49,316 nucleotides of DNA from a virus (taxonomy: Duplodnaviria; Caudoviricetes). The stretch lies in the IMG/VR virus record IMGVR_UViG_3300032272_000020, positions 1 through 49,316 of that record. One strand, given 5' to 3'. Positions 27,867 through 35,853 of this stretch are shown in pieces (the stretch's first letter is position 1; each line of letters opens with the position of its first letter). Below the pieces are notes generated by a model. It was not told where the DNA came from. It searched no databases and saw only the letters and a list, made by a program, of their open reading frames with translations. The translations under genes were made by a program, and so were the position numbers.

Positions 27867-28111
27867 CTTGTCTTCCTATACTTCGTATTGTATTGTTTTA
27901 CCCAAGCCCGATGCGACCGCCACCTACGAAACAAACGAGCTGCCCATAAGATGATAAGCCATACAGGCATAAACCAACTTGTAAAGCTTACTCCTATTAC
28001 TGCCCAGAATGAAACCTTGGCACTACTATACATCCAAGCAGAGAGACTATAACCAAAACTATATACAACTCCCCACCCATATATCACTAGCCACAAATTA
28101 AATTCAATCAT
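27863..28111 (-). CDS. Small two-TM protein with basic tail (paralog 1)
   Basis: Start moved to MIEFNLW (AGGAG RBS); similar to 27618-27866. Confidence 0.65.
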   Translation of the reverse strand: MIEFNLWLVIYGWGVVYSFGYSLSAWMYSSAKVSFWAVIGVSFTSWFMPVWLIILWAARLFRRWRSHRAWVKQYNTKYRKTR

Positions 28112-28112
28112 T

Positions 28113-28307
28113 TCAATTACTCCTAATGTTAAACGGTTCTGGTAAAGTCTTAGGTTCAGGAACGAAAGTAGTTGTAGAGCTATGGGCCTTATGACCATAA
28201 GTCGAGATGGTATATAACCAGCCGCCAACTACTCGAAGAGCTGAACCAGTTGAATTAACCTTTACACTAGTGTGCATAGGCATATCAAGTAGCTCTGTTA
28301 ATTTCAT
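28113..28307 (-). CDS. Hypothetical protein
   Basis: Coupled by ATGA overlap; LRVVGGWLY...TTFVP motif of small phage proteins. Confidence 0.65.
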   Translation of the reverse strand: MKLTELLDMPMHTSVKVNSTGSALRVVGGWLYTISTYGHKAHSSTTTFVPEPKTLPEPFNIRSN

Positions 28308-28825
28308 TCAAGTTCTCCCGCCCTTATCAAATCATATATCTCTGCATAGATACCTTCAACTGATTTATGGAGCCCGACTTTATCTTTACACAGACCAATG
28401 AACTCACCTCGTTCAGAATCCTTAGCCCAGTCAGTCGGGCGGAAATCATACTCAGGCTCTACACTAATGTAATCATACATTACAGTAGGATCAGAAGCAT
28501 AGGCGATTAGGGAACCAAGGTGCTCACCAATGATAACGGTAGGAAACCAATCTCCATAAGTTTTCATTTCGCAATTAGTACCGATAGGTGGATCAATGAT
28601 CTTCTCCTGCTTCACATAATCATACCAGTCCTTAGGATCAGTTCCTTCACGGACCGACTGCTCGAATTCATGACGCTTACACACTTCATAGTCACCAAGT
28701 TCGACTTTATTACCAAAGTATTCACGACGAGCTTGGCTCCACCATAGTATATCACTATTCTGAAATGGCCAGATACCATTGTGGTCTTCAACTGCTTTCC
28801 TGAGTGTTTTCCTGAGTGTTTTCAT
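28304..28825 (-). CDS. Hypothetical protein
   Basis: Start MKTLRKTLRK (GAGGAG RBS); WYDY...PPIGTNCE...FRP motif that I recall from marine phage hypotheticals. Confidence 0.65.
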   Translation of the reverse strand: MKTLRKTLRKAVEDHNGIWPFQNSDILWWSQARREYFGNKVELGDYEVCKRHEFEQSVREGTDPKDWYDYVKQEKIIDPPIGTNCEMKTYGDWFPTVIIGEHLGSLIAYASDPTVMYDYISVEPEYDFRPTDWAKDSERGEFIGLCKDKVGLHKSVEGIYAEIYDLIRAGELE

Positions 28826-28982
28826 TTGTCTTCTCCTCATTATTTAAACGATCAGCTTCAACTTCAGCCGCCCTACGTTTCCCACGCCAAACTTTTACAA
28901 AAGTACAAGTAGGCTCACCTTCTTCTTGCAGTATGATAATCCAAGAACGATGGTGCTGAGAGAACAAATAATCATATTGCAT
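28788..28982 (-). CDS. Hypothetical protein
   Basis: AGGAGG RBS; in operon order. Confidence 0.6.
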   Translation of the reverse strand: MQYDYLFSQHHRSWIIILQEEGEPTCTFVKVWRGKRRAAEVEADRLNNEEKTNENTQENTQESS

Positions 28983-28991
28983 CAGATCCTC

Positions 28992-29231
28992 CTACATGAC
29001 ATCGATATAAGCAGAGACGAAATCCTCATCACTGACATAATCTGATCTGCAACTATCGCACTTCAGAACATTAGCATGGAACCAACAGATCACTTCTGCC
29101 CTGTCTGCACAACTATGATTATTATCTAACACATAGAGGTCGATGGCTAGGAAGATTAGATCTTGTTGTTCTTGTTTCAGATCAATTGAATATATTTCGT
29201 CCTTGGTCATAATAGGTATTCGCTTAGTCAT
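28992..29231 (-). CDS. Small acidic protein (paralog of 29659-29892)
   Basis: IDLYVLDN...DRAEV...FVSAYI. Confidence 0.6.
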   Translation of the reverse strand: MTKRIPIMTKDEIYSIDLKQEQQDLIFLAIDLYVLDNNHSCADRAEVICWFHANVLKCDSCRSDYVSDEDFVSAYIDVM

Positions 29232-29255
29232 AGGTTATCCCCTGCTAGTAGGATG

Positions 29256-29567
29256 TTAATAACACATTGCCACAATCTTAGCTACTGCAGCTTCAACTGT
29301 TTCACCGACCCGTTCTATATCGCCTTCACGGATCTGATATCCTTCAGTACTCCACTTGTTAACAACTAGTTCCCGAACCACTTCATAAGTGGGGGCTACC
29401 TTGTCATGCTCTAGACTGAATACTGGGGTGAATTCAAAATCGTCGATGATAGTAGGTGTACCCTTTCTGAAAGTATAACCCTGAACTTCAAAGTTATTCT
29501 CGTCAAGGATTTTAATTTCTACTTTATCGTTGATCCAATTCTCAGCCGCTGTGGTTACTAAAGTCAT
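29256..29567 (-). CDS. Small acidic hypothetical protein
   Basis: GAGGA RBS; own promoter. Confidence 0.65.
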   Translation of the reverse strand: MTLVTTAAENWINDKVEIKILDENNFEVQGYTFRKGTPTIIDDFEFTPVFSLEHDKVAPTYEVVRELVVNKWSTEGYQIREGDIERVGETVEAAVAKIVAMCY

Positions 29568-29593
29568 TGTTTTCTTCCTCTGCTTTATTAGAT

Positions 29594-29625
29594 TTAATTA
29601 TAATGCATTGGGGGTAAAATACCAC
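29594..29625 (-). promoter_or_regulatory. Promoter with TGCATTATAATTAA motif
   Basis: TATAAT at 29602-29597; overlaps the upstream hairpin ATACCACGTTA...TAACGTGGTAT. Confidence 0.65.
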
Positions 29626-29658
29626 GTTAATCGTTAGACTAACGTGGTATGAAGCATA

Positions 29659-29892
29659 TTAACTTTTGGGTAACTGCTCCTGTATATAGGTACTTACAAT
29701 CTCTTCGACACTGTAAGTTTCCTCTGGATCGAAGTTCCCAAGTAAATCAGCATATTCAAGTATTTCAAGTTTATCTGAAACAGTGACGTCATTATCAGTA
29801 ACGAATAAATGAATCTGAGTAAGGACAAGCATTGACCCGTGGAAGGTATGAGCTGTATCGATATCTGCTTTAAGTGTAGTTAGTGTGTTCAT
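29659..29892 (-). CDS. Small acidic protein (paralog of 28992-29231)
   Basis: IHLFVTDN...DKLEI...IVSTYI; own promoter. Confidence 0.6.
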   Translation of the reverse strand: MNTLTTLKADIDTAHTFHGSMLVLTQIHLFVTDNDVTVSDKLEILEYADLLGNFDPEETYSVEEIVSTYIQEQLPKS

Positions 29893-29925
29893 CTTTCTCT
29901 CTTTCTTTGTGTTCCAATTGATACA

Positions 29926-29957
29926 TTAATTATAATGCATACTATTCTATATGTCCA
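29926..29957 (-). promoter_or_regulatory. Sigma70-like promoter
   Basis: TGGACA-17 bp-TATAAT followed by TAA. Confidence 0.65.
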
Positions 29958-30778
29958 ACTGTATCAGGTTTAAATGATAGACTCTTTTGGAATGTAGTCT
30001 TGCGTACTTCGTTATGATCAAGCTTACCATCATTGATGTAGTATTGGTTGAGTAGGGTATTGATCAATCTGATACCGAGGGAATTGTTTTCGTGCATATC
30101 AGTTACTGCTACCATGATCACCTTGATGGCCTCCTTGACATTAACGTCAGGAAACAATTGTGCATAACTCTTTAACAATGGGGAATGGATCAGAGCCTGA
30201 TACATCGAATCAAGACTAAGCTTCTCAAGATTGTAAATCAAACTAACCCGACCAAGGAACTCTGTCTTGATCCCAATGGTACGTAACTTATCTAGGTCCA
30301 TATTCTTTTCATTGTTGAATGCACCAGCAAATACAAATAGAACATTGGATACTCCCACCTCATTATACTTACCATAGTCACCAAAGACAGAAGCAGTATC
30401 AGATTCGAGCACCCGCAGGAATTCATTCTGAACACCATTAGTAGTTTCATGGGCCAGCTGGCTATTGTTGTTACCTGATACGAATAGTTTATCAAATTCA
30501 TCCACGAAGCATAACGTCATTCGACCACCTGCTTCTGCTAGAGGAGCTAATGCTTTACTTAAACTATTACCAGCTGTTCCTTCTTTGGTAAGCTGGGCTG
30601 CATTAACTTCGATATAATTTAATTGAGCTCTGAGGGCTAGGTTCTTGACCACATGAGACTTACCGCACCCACTTGGACCGGTCAACATAAAATGGGGTCT
30701 GATGTTACCTTCAGTTGAATGGAAGATATCTATAATACGGGTAAGCTGTTGTTCGACTATCTGCTGTTCTTTAATCAT
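29942..30778 (-). CDS. ClpX/HslU-like AAA+ ATPase
   Basis: GPSGCGKS, NAAQLTKEG, CFVDEFDKL, GVQNEFLRVLE, LFVFAGAF, EFLGRV. Confidence 0.85.
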   Translation of the reverse strand: MIKEQQIVEQQLTRIIDIFHSTEGNIRPHFMLTGPSGCGKSHVVKNLALRAQLNYIEVNAAQLTKEGTAGNSLSKALAPLAEAGGRMTLCFVDEFDKLFVSGNNNSQLAHETTNGVQNEFLRVLESDTASVFGDYGKYNEVGVSNVLFVFAGAFNNEKNMDLDKLRTIGIKTEFLGRVSLIYNLEKLSLDSMYQALIHSPLLKSYAQLFPDVNVKEAIKVIMVAVTDMHENNSLGIRLINTLLNQYYINDGKLDHNEVRKTTFQKSLSFKPDTVGHIE

Positions 30779-30805
30779 GGAATTAATCTCTACTGTTAGT
30801 AAGAA

Positions 30806-30836
30806 TTAATTATAATGCAATGATGGATATATTCAA
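30806..30836 (-). promoter_or_regulatory. Sigma70-like promoter
   Basis: TTGAAT-16 bp-TATAAT followed by TAATT. Confidence 0.65.
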
Positions 30837-31026
30837 GGAGGGATATGATGATAAGTGCTGGTTACGCTATCCAGCTCCACCGATGGCGACAGCAGGGGTC
30901 TTTTTACCAAGTGGACGGTTTGTGGTCGGAAAGGACCGATTACAATTAACACATAAACACAAACTTCCCTATCTGTGAAATTATTATGAATAGTGTTTAT
31001 TTAAAAGGCAACATTTATTTTTGGAT

Positions 31027-31737
31027 TTAATATTCGGTGTTGAACCACTTATCAAATTCTTGGATGTCTTCTTCTGTGAGGGGAGTAGCTCTACCTAGAC
31101 CTTCTTCGTCATCAGGGGCTCTCGTGATATGTTCAGTCTGTTTCAATTTAGGTCTAGCATATTGGAGCAGCTCCTTAGCAACATTGATCCTATGCTCTTT
31201 CGGAGTGTAGCTGTCTACAAGATAACCACAAGCCTCGACTCTAAGCTGACCCATCAAACCCTTAACACCGAACCCATCATCAAATTCAATTCGCTCTTCA
31301 ATCATGGTAAGATATTTTTCTAGGATAGGCATGAATGGATGGTCATCATACAAAGCTTCACCCTGAGCCACCTTCATGAGCAGTTCCATTGGATCAAAGT
31401 CATGGGCTTCCATTACTTCATGGGCAGTTAAGAAATGTTTAGCATTTACAGGCTGGCCTTTGACTATTCGCTTAGCAACTCTTTCTTGGGTAGCAGCTCT
31501 ACTAGCAACTGCCTTCTCAGTAGCGGCAGCTTTATCTTCAGGGGACAATTCACTAAACTGTCTGCCCTTAAAATTCTCTAATCTTTTATCAGCATTGATC
31601 TGACGACCAGTTCCTTTTGGTCTACGAACAGCTGGCGTCTTTGGAAGTTCATCAGCATCAAAACCATGGTCCCAAGGTTTAAGTGTTGCACCATCTGGTG
31701 ACACTTCAGTACTCTCGTCTTGCCAAGGTTTACTCAT
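31027..31737 (-). CDS. Putative terminase small subunit
   Basis: RRPKGT N-terminal motif; FDPMELLMKVA; RINVAKELLQYARPKLKQTE oligomerisation-like motif; no other TerS candidate found. Confidence 0.5.
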   Translation of the reverse strand: MSKPWQDESTEVSPDGATLKPWDHGFDADELPKTPAVRRPKGTGRQINADKRLENFKGRQFSELSPEDKAAATEKAVASRAATQERVAKRIVKGQPVNAKHFLTAHEVMEAHDFDPMELLMKVAQGEALYDDHPFMPILEKYLTMIEERIEFDDGFGVKGLMGQLRVEACGYLVDSYTPKEHRINVAKELLQYARPKLKQTEHITRAPDDEEGLGRATPLTEEDIQEFDKWFNTEY

Positions 31738-31824
31738 TTGCGTCTGATCCTTTGTTGTTCTTGATTTCTGATTTGTTTAAATTGTAAGTTAGCCAGTCCA
31801 ATTTTTCAACGGGTTTACGGTAGA

Positions 31825-32259
31825 TTATTGATCCTGAAGGTTCTGATGCATTTTATGATAAAAGAACTTCTGAAACTCTTCTATTGTTATATCCACAGTA
31901 ACTTTCAACCACTTCCCATTCTGAACCTTCAAACCACCAAACATCATAACCCGCCACTTCTTTCGATTCTGCCTATAAATCAAAACAGGCATCTGGTTAC
32001 TTCTCGCTTGTCTCAGTGTTTGACCCCACCAACTATTTATAGACAATTGCTCTTGTCGCTTAACTTCTAAAGCTAACCAATCAATACCAATCAAATCATA
32101 TCCTCCACCTCGGGTCTGTTCCAGATTCCTTTCCATCTTTGGTGGGACTAATCCTGCATCGTTATATACTCTATCGATAATTGGTTGGAGTAATGCCGCC
32201 ACTTCTCTTTCAGCGTTAGCTCCTTTATTCTTAGATCCTCTGCCTACACTAGCCATCAC
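31825..32259 (-). CDS. Holliday junction resolvase (Hjc-like PD-(D/E)XK)
   Basis: SKNKGANAERE, GGYDL, ALEVKRQE, WWGQ, PVLIYRQNRKKW. Confidence 0.85.
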   Translation of the reverse strand: MMASVGRGSKNKGANAEREVAALLQPIIDRVYNDAGLVPPKMERNLEQTRGGGYDLIGIDWLALEVKRQEQLSINSWWGQTLRQARSNQMPVLIYRQNRKKWRVMMFGGLKVQNGKWLKVTVDITIEEFQKFFYHKMHQNLQDQ

Positions 32260-32429
32260 AATTCCTATTAATTAAACATACCCTATTATACCAATTCCAC
32301 CTATAGTCTATAACAAATGAATTGATCATTGCATCACTTAACCATTAGATTCCTTCATAATTTAGGGGGTTCCCTTTGTTTATGTGGCCTCCAAGCAGTC
32401 TACTACCCTCTTCATACCTATTTAGATTG

Positions 32430-32875
32430 AAAAAACTCCTTATAAATTAATAAGTTATATATATATAGGTATAAAGGTAGGGGGTATATATATATAAATA
32501 ATAATAATATTTATATCAATCTAATCTACTTTTTATATTTATTTATTTATATAGGGACCCCTACCTTTTTCCCTTGATGCACCTTAACTTATTGAAATAT
32601 ATATAGATTATTTGTAATTTTGAGGGTATTCAATAAATTTGCGGAAAATCTGCCCCATAACTTATTGAAATATAAGGTAATTTTACTTTTTACCCCCTCA
32701 ATGTGGACACCTATATTCCGCAATTTCCCTAGATTTTCTACTAGATTGCTGTATTTTTACAGTAGAGGTACTCCAAAAGTACATTTGGATACACCATAAC
32801 TTATTGAAAGATAAAGGAAAAATAAAATCGAAGGAAAAGAGATTCCCTTAACTTATTGAAAGATAAGGGAATTTT
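32430..32875. repeat. AT-rich non-coding region with TAACTTATTGAAA repeats and an inverted repeat (origin or packaging-site candidate)
   Basis: Exact copies at 32585, 32658, 32797 and 32849; degenerate inverted copy 32445-32457; AAAGGTAGGGG / CCCCTACCTTT flank an almost pure A/T core. Confidence 0.75.
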
Positions 32876-32887
32876 GTCTTGGAGGTG

Positions 32888-33019
32888 TTACATATTATAT
32901 ACGGCTGCAATGACAATCACGTTGATTACAATAATGGATAGACTCGCTGCTACTAAAAGAAAATCCATCTTCGGTGCCTTATGATTGGCCATTAGTTCAA
33001 ATTGTTTTTTGCTTTGCAT
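32888..33019 (-). CDS. 43-aa single-TM peptide
   Basis: Hand translation MQSKKQFELMANHKAPKMDFLLVAASLSIIVINVIVIAAVYNM; AAGGGA RBS; TATAATTAA at 33055-33047. Confidence 0.55.
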   Translation of the reverse strand: MQSKKQFELMANHKAPKMDFLLVAASLSIIVINVIVIAAVYNM

Positions 33020-33087
33020 CGTTCTATCCCTTTGTTATAATCTACCTTAATTATAAGACATGAAGTAGATTATATCCACAAATCATC

Positions 33088-33711
33088 TTAATTTATTACT
33101 CCAGTTTGTTTGTCTAATAAAATGGTCCTCAGCTCGTTTGCTAAGATGGTTCGTCCGCAATATTGACCATGTTCGAATTCTCGACGCTCTGAACCTTGAT
33201 CACCTTTGAACTCTAAGTCTTTATCGAAGTCATGGAGGTTATTAATGATATTTGAAAACCTGGCCAGCACTCTAGTTGCCCTAGCAGTGTAATCTCGATC
33301 AGCATTCAATTTCTGCATCGCCATAGTTTGACTATCAACTTCGAGAAAATCCCATATTGAACTTAGAGCTGCTGTCGAGGCTTGGGCGGCTATGCTATCA
33401 CTAGTATGACCTTCTGCCCAATGCGGTCTCATGCTTTCTAGATAGTTGTTATGTTTCTGTTCTCCTTCTAATTGTATTTTGAGATCGCTGATTTCCTGAT
33501 GCAGGGCAGAAATATCTTCGGTCGGAATCAGCATAGTGTTATCTGCCCATTGTTCCGCTGCCTGATCTAAAGCGCGACTTCTTAACTGGTCAATAAACAT
33601 CTTTTCCCGTTTCGGTTTACCTGAGTAAGATTCCCAGCACTTAGGATCAAGGCTGTGAGCAATTTGCTTAACATGGTCTTTATGACAATTTGGAACTTCT
33701 GAATACCTCAT
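33088..33711 (-). CDS. Hypothetical protein (mosaic, coiled coil)
   Basis: ORF coupled by ATGA overlap. Confidence 0.65.
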   Translation of the reverse strand: MRYSEVPNCHKDHVKQIAHSLDPKCWESYSGKPKREKMFIDQLRSRALDQAAEQWADNTMLIPTEDISALHQEISDLKIQLEGEQKHNNYLESMRPHWAEGHTSDSIAAQASTAALSSIWDFLEVDSQTMAMQKLNADRDYTARATRVLARFSNIINNLHDFDKDLEFKGDQGSERREFEHGQYCGRTILANELRTILLDKQTGVIN

Positions 33712-34130
33712 CTTCTTCCCCTAGTCTTAAATGCTTCACGATACCAACCATCAGGTCGATTCGCCATTGGTTTATCTAATCCAGTTTCGTCTGGTTCTTG
33801 AACCGCTTCGCTAAAATCTTCTATCGATTCTCTTAGTGATTTAAAATCAACATCACGAAATGGATCATCTATAATAATACAGTTGGCTCTAGCACCAGAT
33901 ATCCTACCAGTTATTGTCCCTGCAAGATTAATCTCACCTAAATCTGGAATGAGCGGTCTTAATTCCACATTATTAAAAGCTCTCGCAAGGGCATCAAACT
34001 GAGCACCTGCTTGTCCTAAGGATATACCAAACATAGGCGCTAGTGTTGTTACAAATTTAGCAAAGTCCACGTTGAGCATATCTTGGCTGATTATAACTAC
34101 AGGCTTAAATTCTTTATCAGAATTGTTCAT
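33708..34130 (-). CDS. Hypothetical protein containing a terminase Walker-B-like segment
   Basis: Start MNNSDK (GGAGG RBS); GTITGRISGARANCIIIDDPF. Confidence 0.6.
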   Translation of the reverse strand: MNNSDKEFKPVVIISQDMLNVDFAKFVTTLAPMFGISLGQAGAQFDALARAFNNVELRPLIPDLGEINLAGTITGRISGARANCIIIDDPFRDVDFKSLRESIEDFSEAVQEPDETGLDKPMANRPDGWYREAFKTRGRR

Positions 34131-34131
34131 G

Positions 34132-34365
34132 CTAGCCTCCTCGAGTTGTTTGGAAAACAATAAACCCGACAAACACAATAATTGAAATCACCTGTGCTAT
34201 CATTAAAGGCATATCAATACGGCGTTTACGATTGATAGGTGGTTTAAGTGCTCTTACCATTTTATCGGTATTGCGTTGATTGTCTGTCATCAGTTGTTTG
34301 GCTAGATTATCAAACATGCATTGTTGACAGTTGTCCTGATTATGTATTCTGCAATATTCACTCAT
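34132..34365 (-). CDS. Small membrane-anchored protein with CxxH-CxxC
   Basis: CRIHNQDNCQQC N-terminus; C-terminal hydrophobic helix. Confidence 0.6.
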   Translation of the reverse strand: MSEYCRIHNQDNCQQCMFDNLAKQLMTDNQRNTDKMVRALKPPINRKRRIDMPLMIAQVISIIVFVGFIVFQTTRGG

Positions 34366-34814
34366 TTCATCTTACTCCCAGTTTGAATGTATAGAATTGC
34401 CTGCGCCATTATTGCGGCCCTGCCCTGCGCATTAGTTTTATTATACGCCTTCCTTATAGGGTCAAGGCAACCTAGTATATCCGTGTTATCCTTTTCCGAT
34501 TTCTTCCGTTGTGTGACTGAGGCGAATTCTGTATCAACTGCTTTCGATGCAGTTACTATCTCCAATCGGCGTTTCTCATCAGTCAAAGTACCAATCCAAT
34601 CAGTCGCATTCATCATACGGTCAGCAGTTGATTTGATACAATACATTACACCTGCATAACAATTCTTATACTGGGTCTTTTTGAAACAACGACTTTTACC
34701 TGTCTCCTGATTATTTTCATCCAGCTCTCTGAACTCGATTCCTTTAATGTTACCCTGCAGATGAACTGAACCAATACAAAGGTAGTTTACTTTTTTAAAT
34801 TCTTCTTCTGACAT
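34362..34814 (-). CDS. Hypothetical protein
   Basis: GAGGA RBS; operon context. Confidence 0.65.
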   Translation of the reverse strand: MSEEEFKKVNYLCIGSVHLQGNIKGIEFRELDENNQETGKSRCFKKTQYKNCYAGVMYCIKSTADRMMNATDWIGTLTDEKRRLEIVTASKAVDTEFASVTQRKKSEKDNTDILGCLDPIRKAYNKTNAQGRAAIMAQAILYIQTGSKMK

Positions 34815-34825
34815 GATCTGATCCT

Positions 34826-35050
34826 CTATCTCTTTACTATTCTAAAATCTGCAGCATCCGACATATTGGCGAGGGTGCATCGATAACCGTGGAAGAATTT
34901 ACCAACTTGTCCACCAAGACAGTTATCCCATATTCCTTCATTAAGTAATTGGTGATAAAATCTATAAGAGAAGATGACGGTTAAAAGCTCTCGCCTATCC
35001 TCGCGCCTTTTTGCTTCAAGTTCAAATATTAAGATATCAATTTTAAGCAT
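34826..35050 (-). CDS. Hypothetical protein
   Basis: Start moved to MLKIDI (AAGGA RBS). Confidence 0.5.
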   Translation of the reverse strand: MLKIDILIFELEAKRREDRRELLTVIFSYRFYHQLLNEGIWDNCLGGQVGKFFHGYRCTLANMSDAADFRIVKR

Positions 35051-35219
35051 GATCTGATCCTTCCAAAGTAGCTTCAGTAACGGTTTCGCAAGTTTCAAGA
35101 TTGATCCAAGTTGGTACATCCTCAATGTGTTTGTAAATAACATCGAAGATGCCAATTTGCTTTGCGCCTGCGATTGCGTTGAAATATTTTACTGCCGCTT
35201 CGTCATTTGATTTAAACAT
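35043..35219 (-). CDS. 58-aa hypothetical protein, first gene of the leftward early operon
   Basis: Hand translation MFKSNDEAAVKYFNAIAG...; upstream GTGCAC-17 bp-TATAAT. Confidence 0.55.
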   Translation of the reverse strand: MFKSNDEAAVKYFNAIAGAKQIGIFDVIYKHIEDVPTWINLETCETVTEATLEGSDHA

Positions 35220-35612
35220 TTGCTTTACTCTTTTGTGTTCCGATTCAATATAAATATTATAACTAAACTTGAGTCATAGTGCACCATTTAGATACATCTA
35301 TTAGAGTAATATTTAACGAGGGAGAACTTCCCCTGTTATTCTATTGACCCAAACTAGTTCCCCATTTTTCTGAGTATGGGAAACTATATCCTTAGTAGTA
35401 TATTTCCTATCTAAACCAAATTCTGTATTGAAGTAATTTAGAGCCTGCATTAAATTATATGTGGTCATAACGTATTCCTTATTTAATCTTTATTTAATTA
35501 TAGGTCACAATAGATCACCCAGCAACATAATAATTAAAATAATCACTTTTAATCATGGGTAAATAGGCTTATTATTAAACTTCGTTAAAATATAACTTAT
35601 AGGTAAAACACT

Positions 35613-35849
35613 ATGGCTGACCAAGAAGAACATAATATTCACGACTTTGATAAAGAGCAATCTTTAATGCAAGCATCAAGGAAACTATTAGGTGATCATG
35701 AATTAGATTTTGTTGGTGTAACATTGGCAACTGGTATTCCTTACCACTGGCTATCCAAATTCTCAGCAGGTGAATTTAAGAACCCATCTGTCAACCGAGT
35801 TCAATGTTTATACGAATTCTTAACTGGTACAAAAATTATAGAAGAGTAG
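35613..35849 (+). CDS. Small HTH DNA-binding protein (Cro/Xre-like)
   Basis: TLATGIPYHWLSKFSAGEFKNPSVNRVQCLYEFL; precedes the primase. Confidence 0.7.
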   Translation: MADQEEHNIHDFDKEQSLMQASRKLLGDHELDFVGVTLATGIPYHWLSKFSAGEFKNPSVNRVQCLYEFLTGTKIIEE

Positions 35850-35853
35850 CCAT

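Noticed and set aside
28796-28822. 12-bp tandem repeat encoding KTLR-KTLR
   Set aside because: Two in-frame copies only; likely simple slippage.
35613-35849. Lysogeny repressor
   Set aside because: Short HTH with no peptidase domain; no integrase or partition genes elsewhere.
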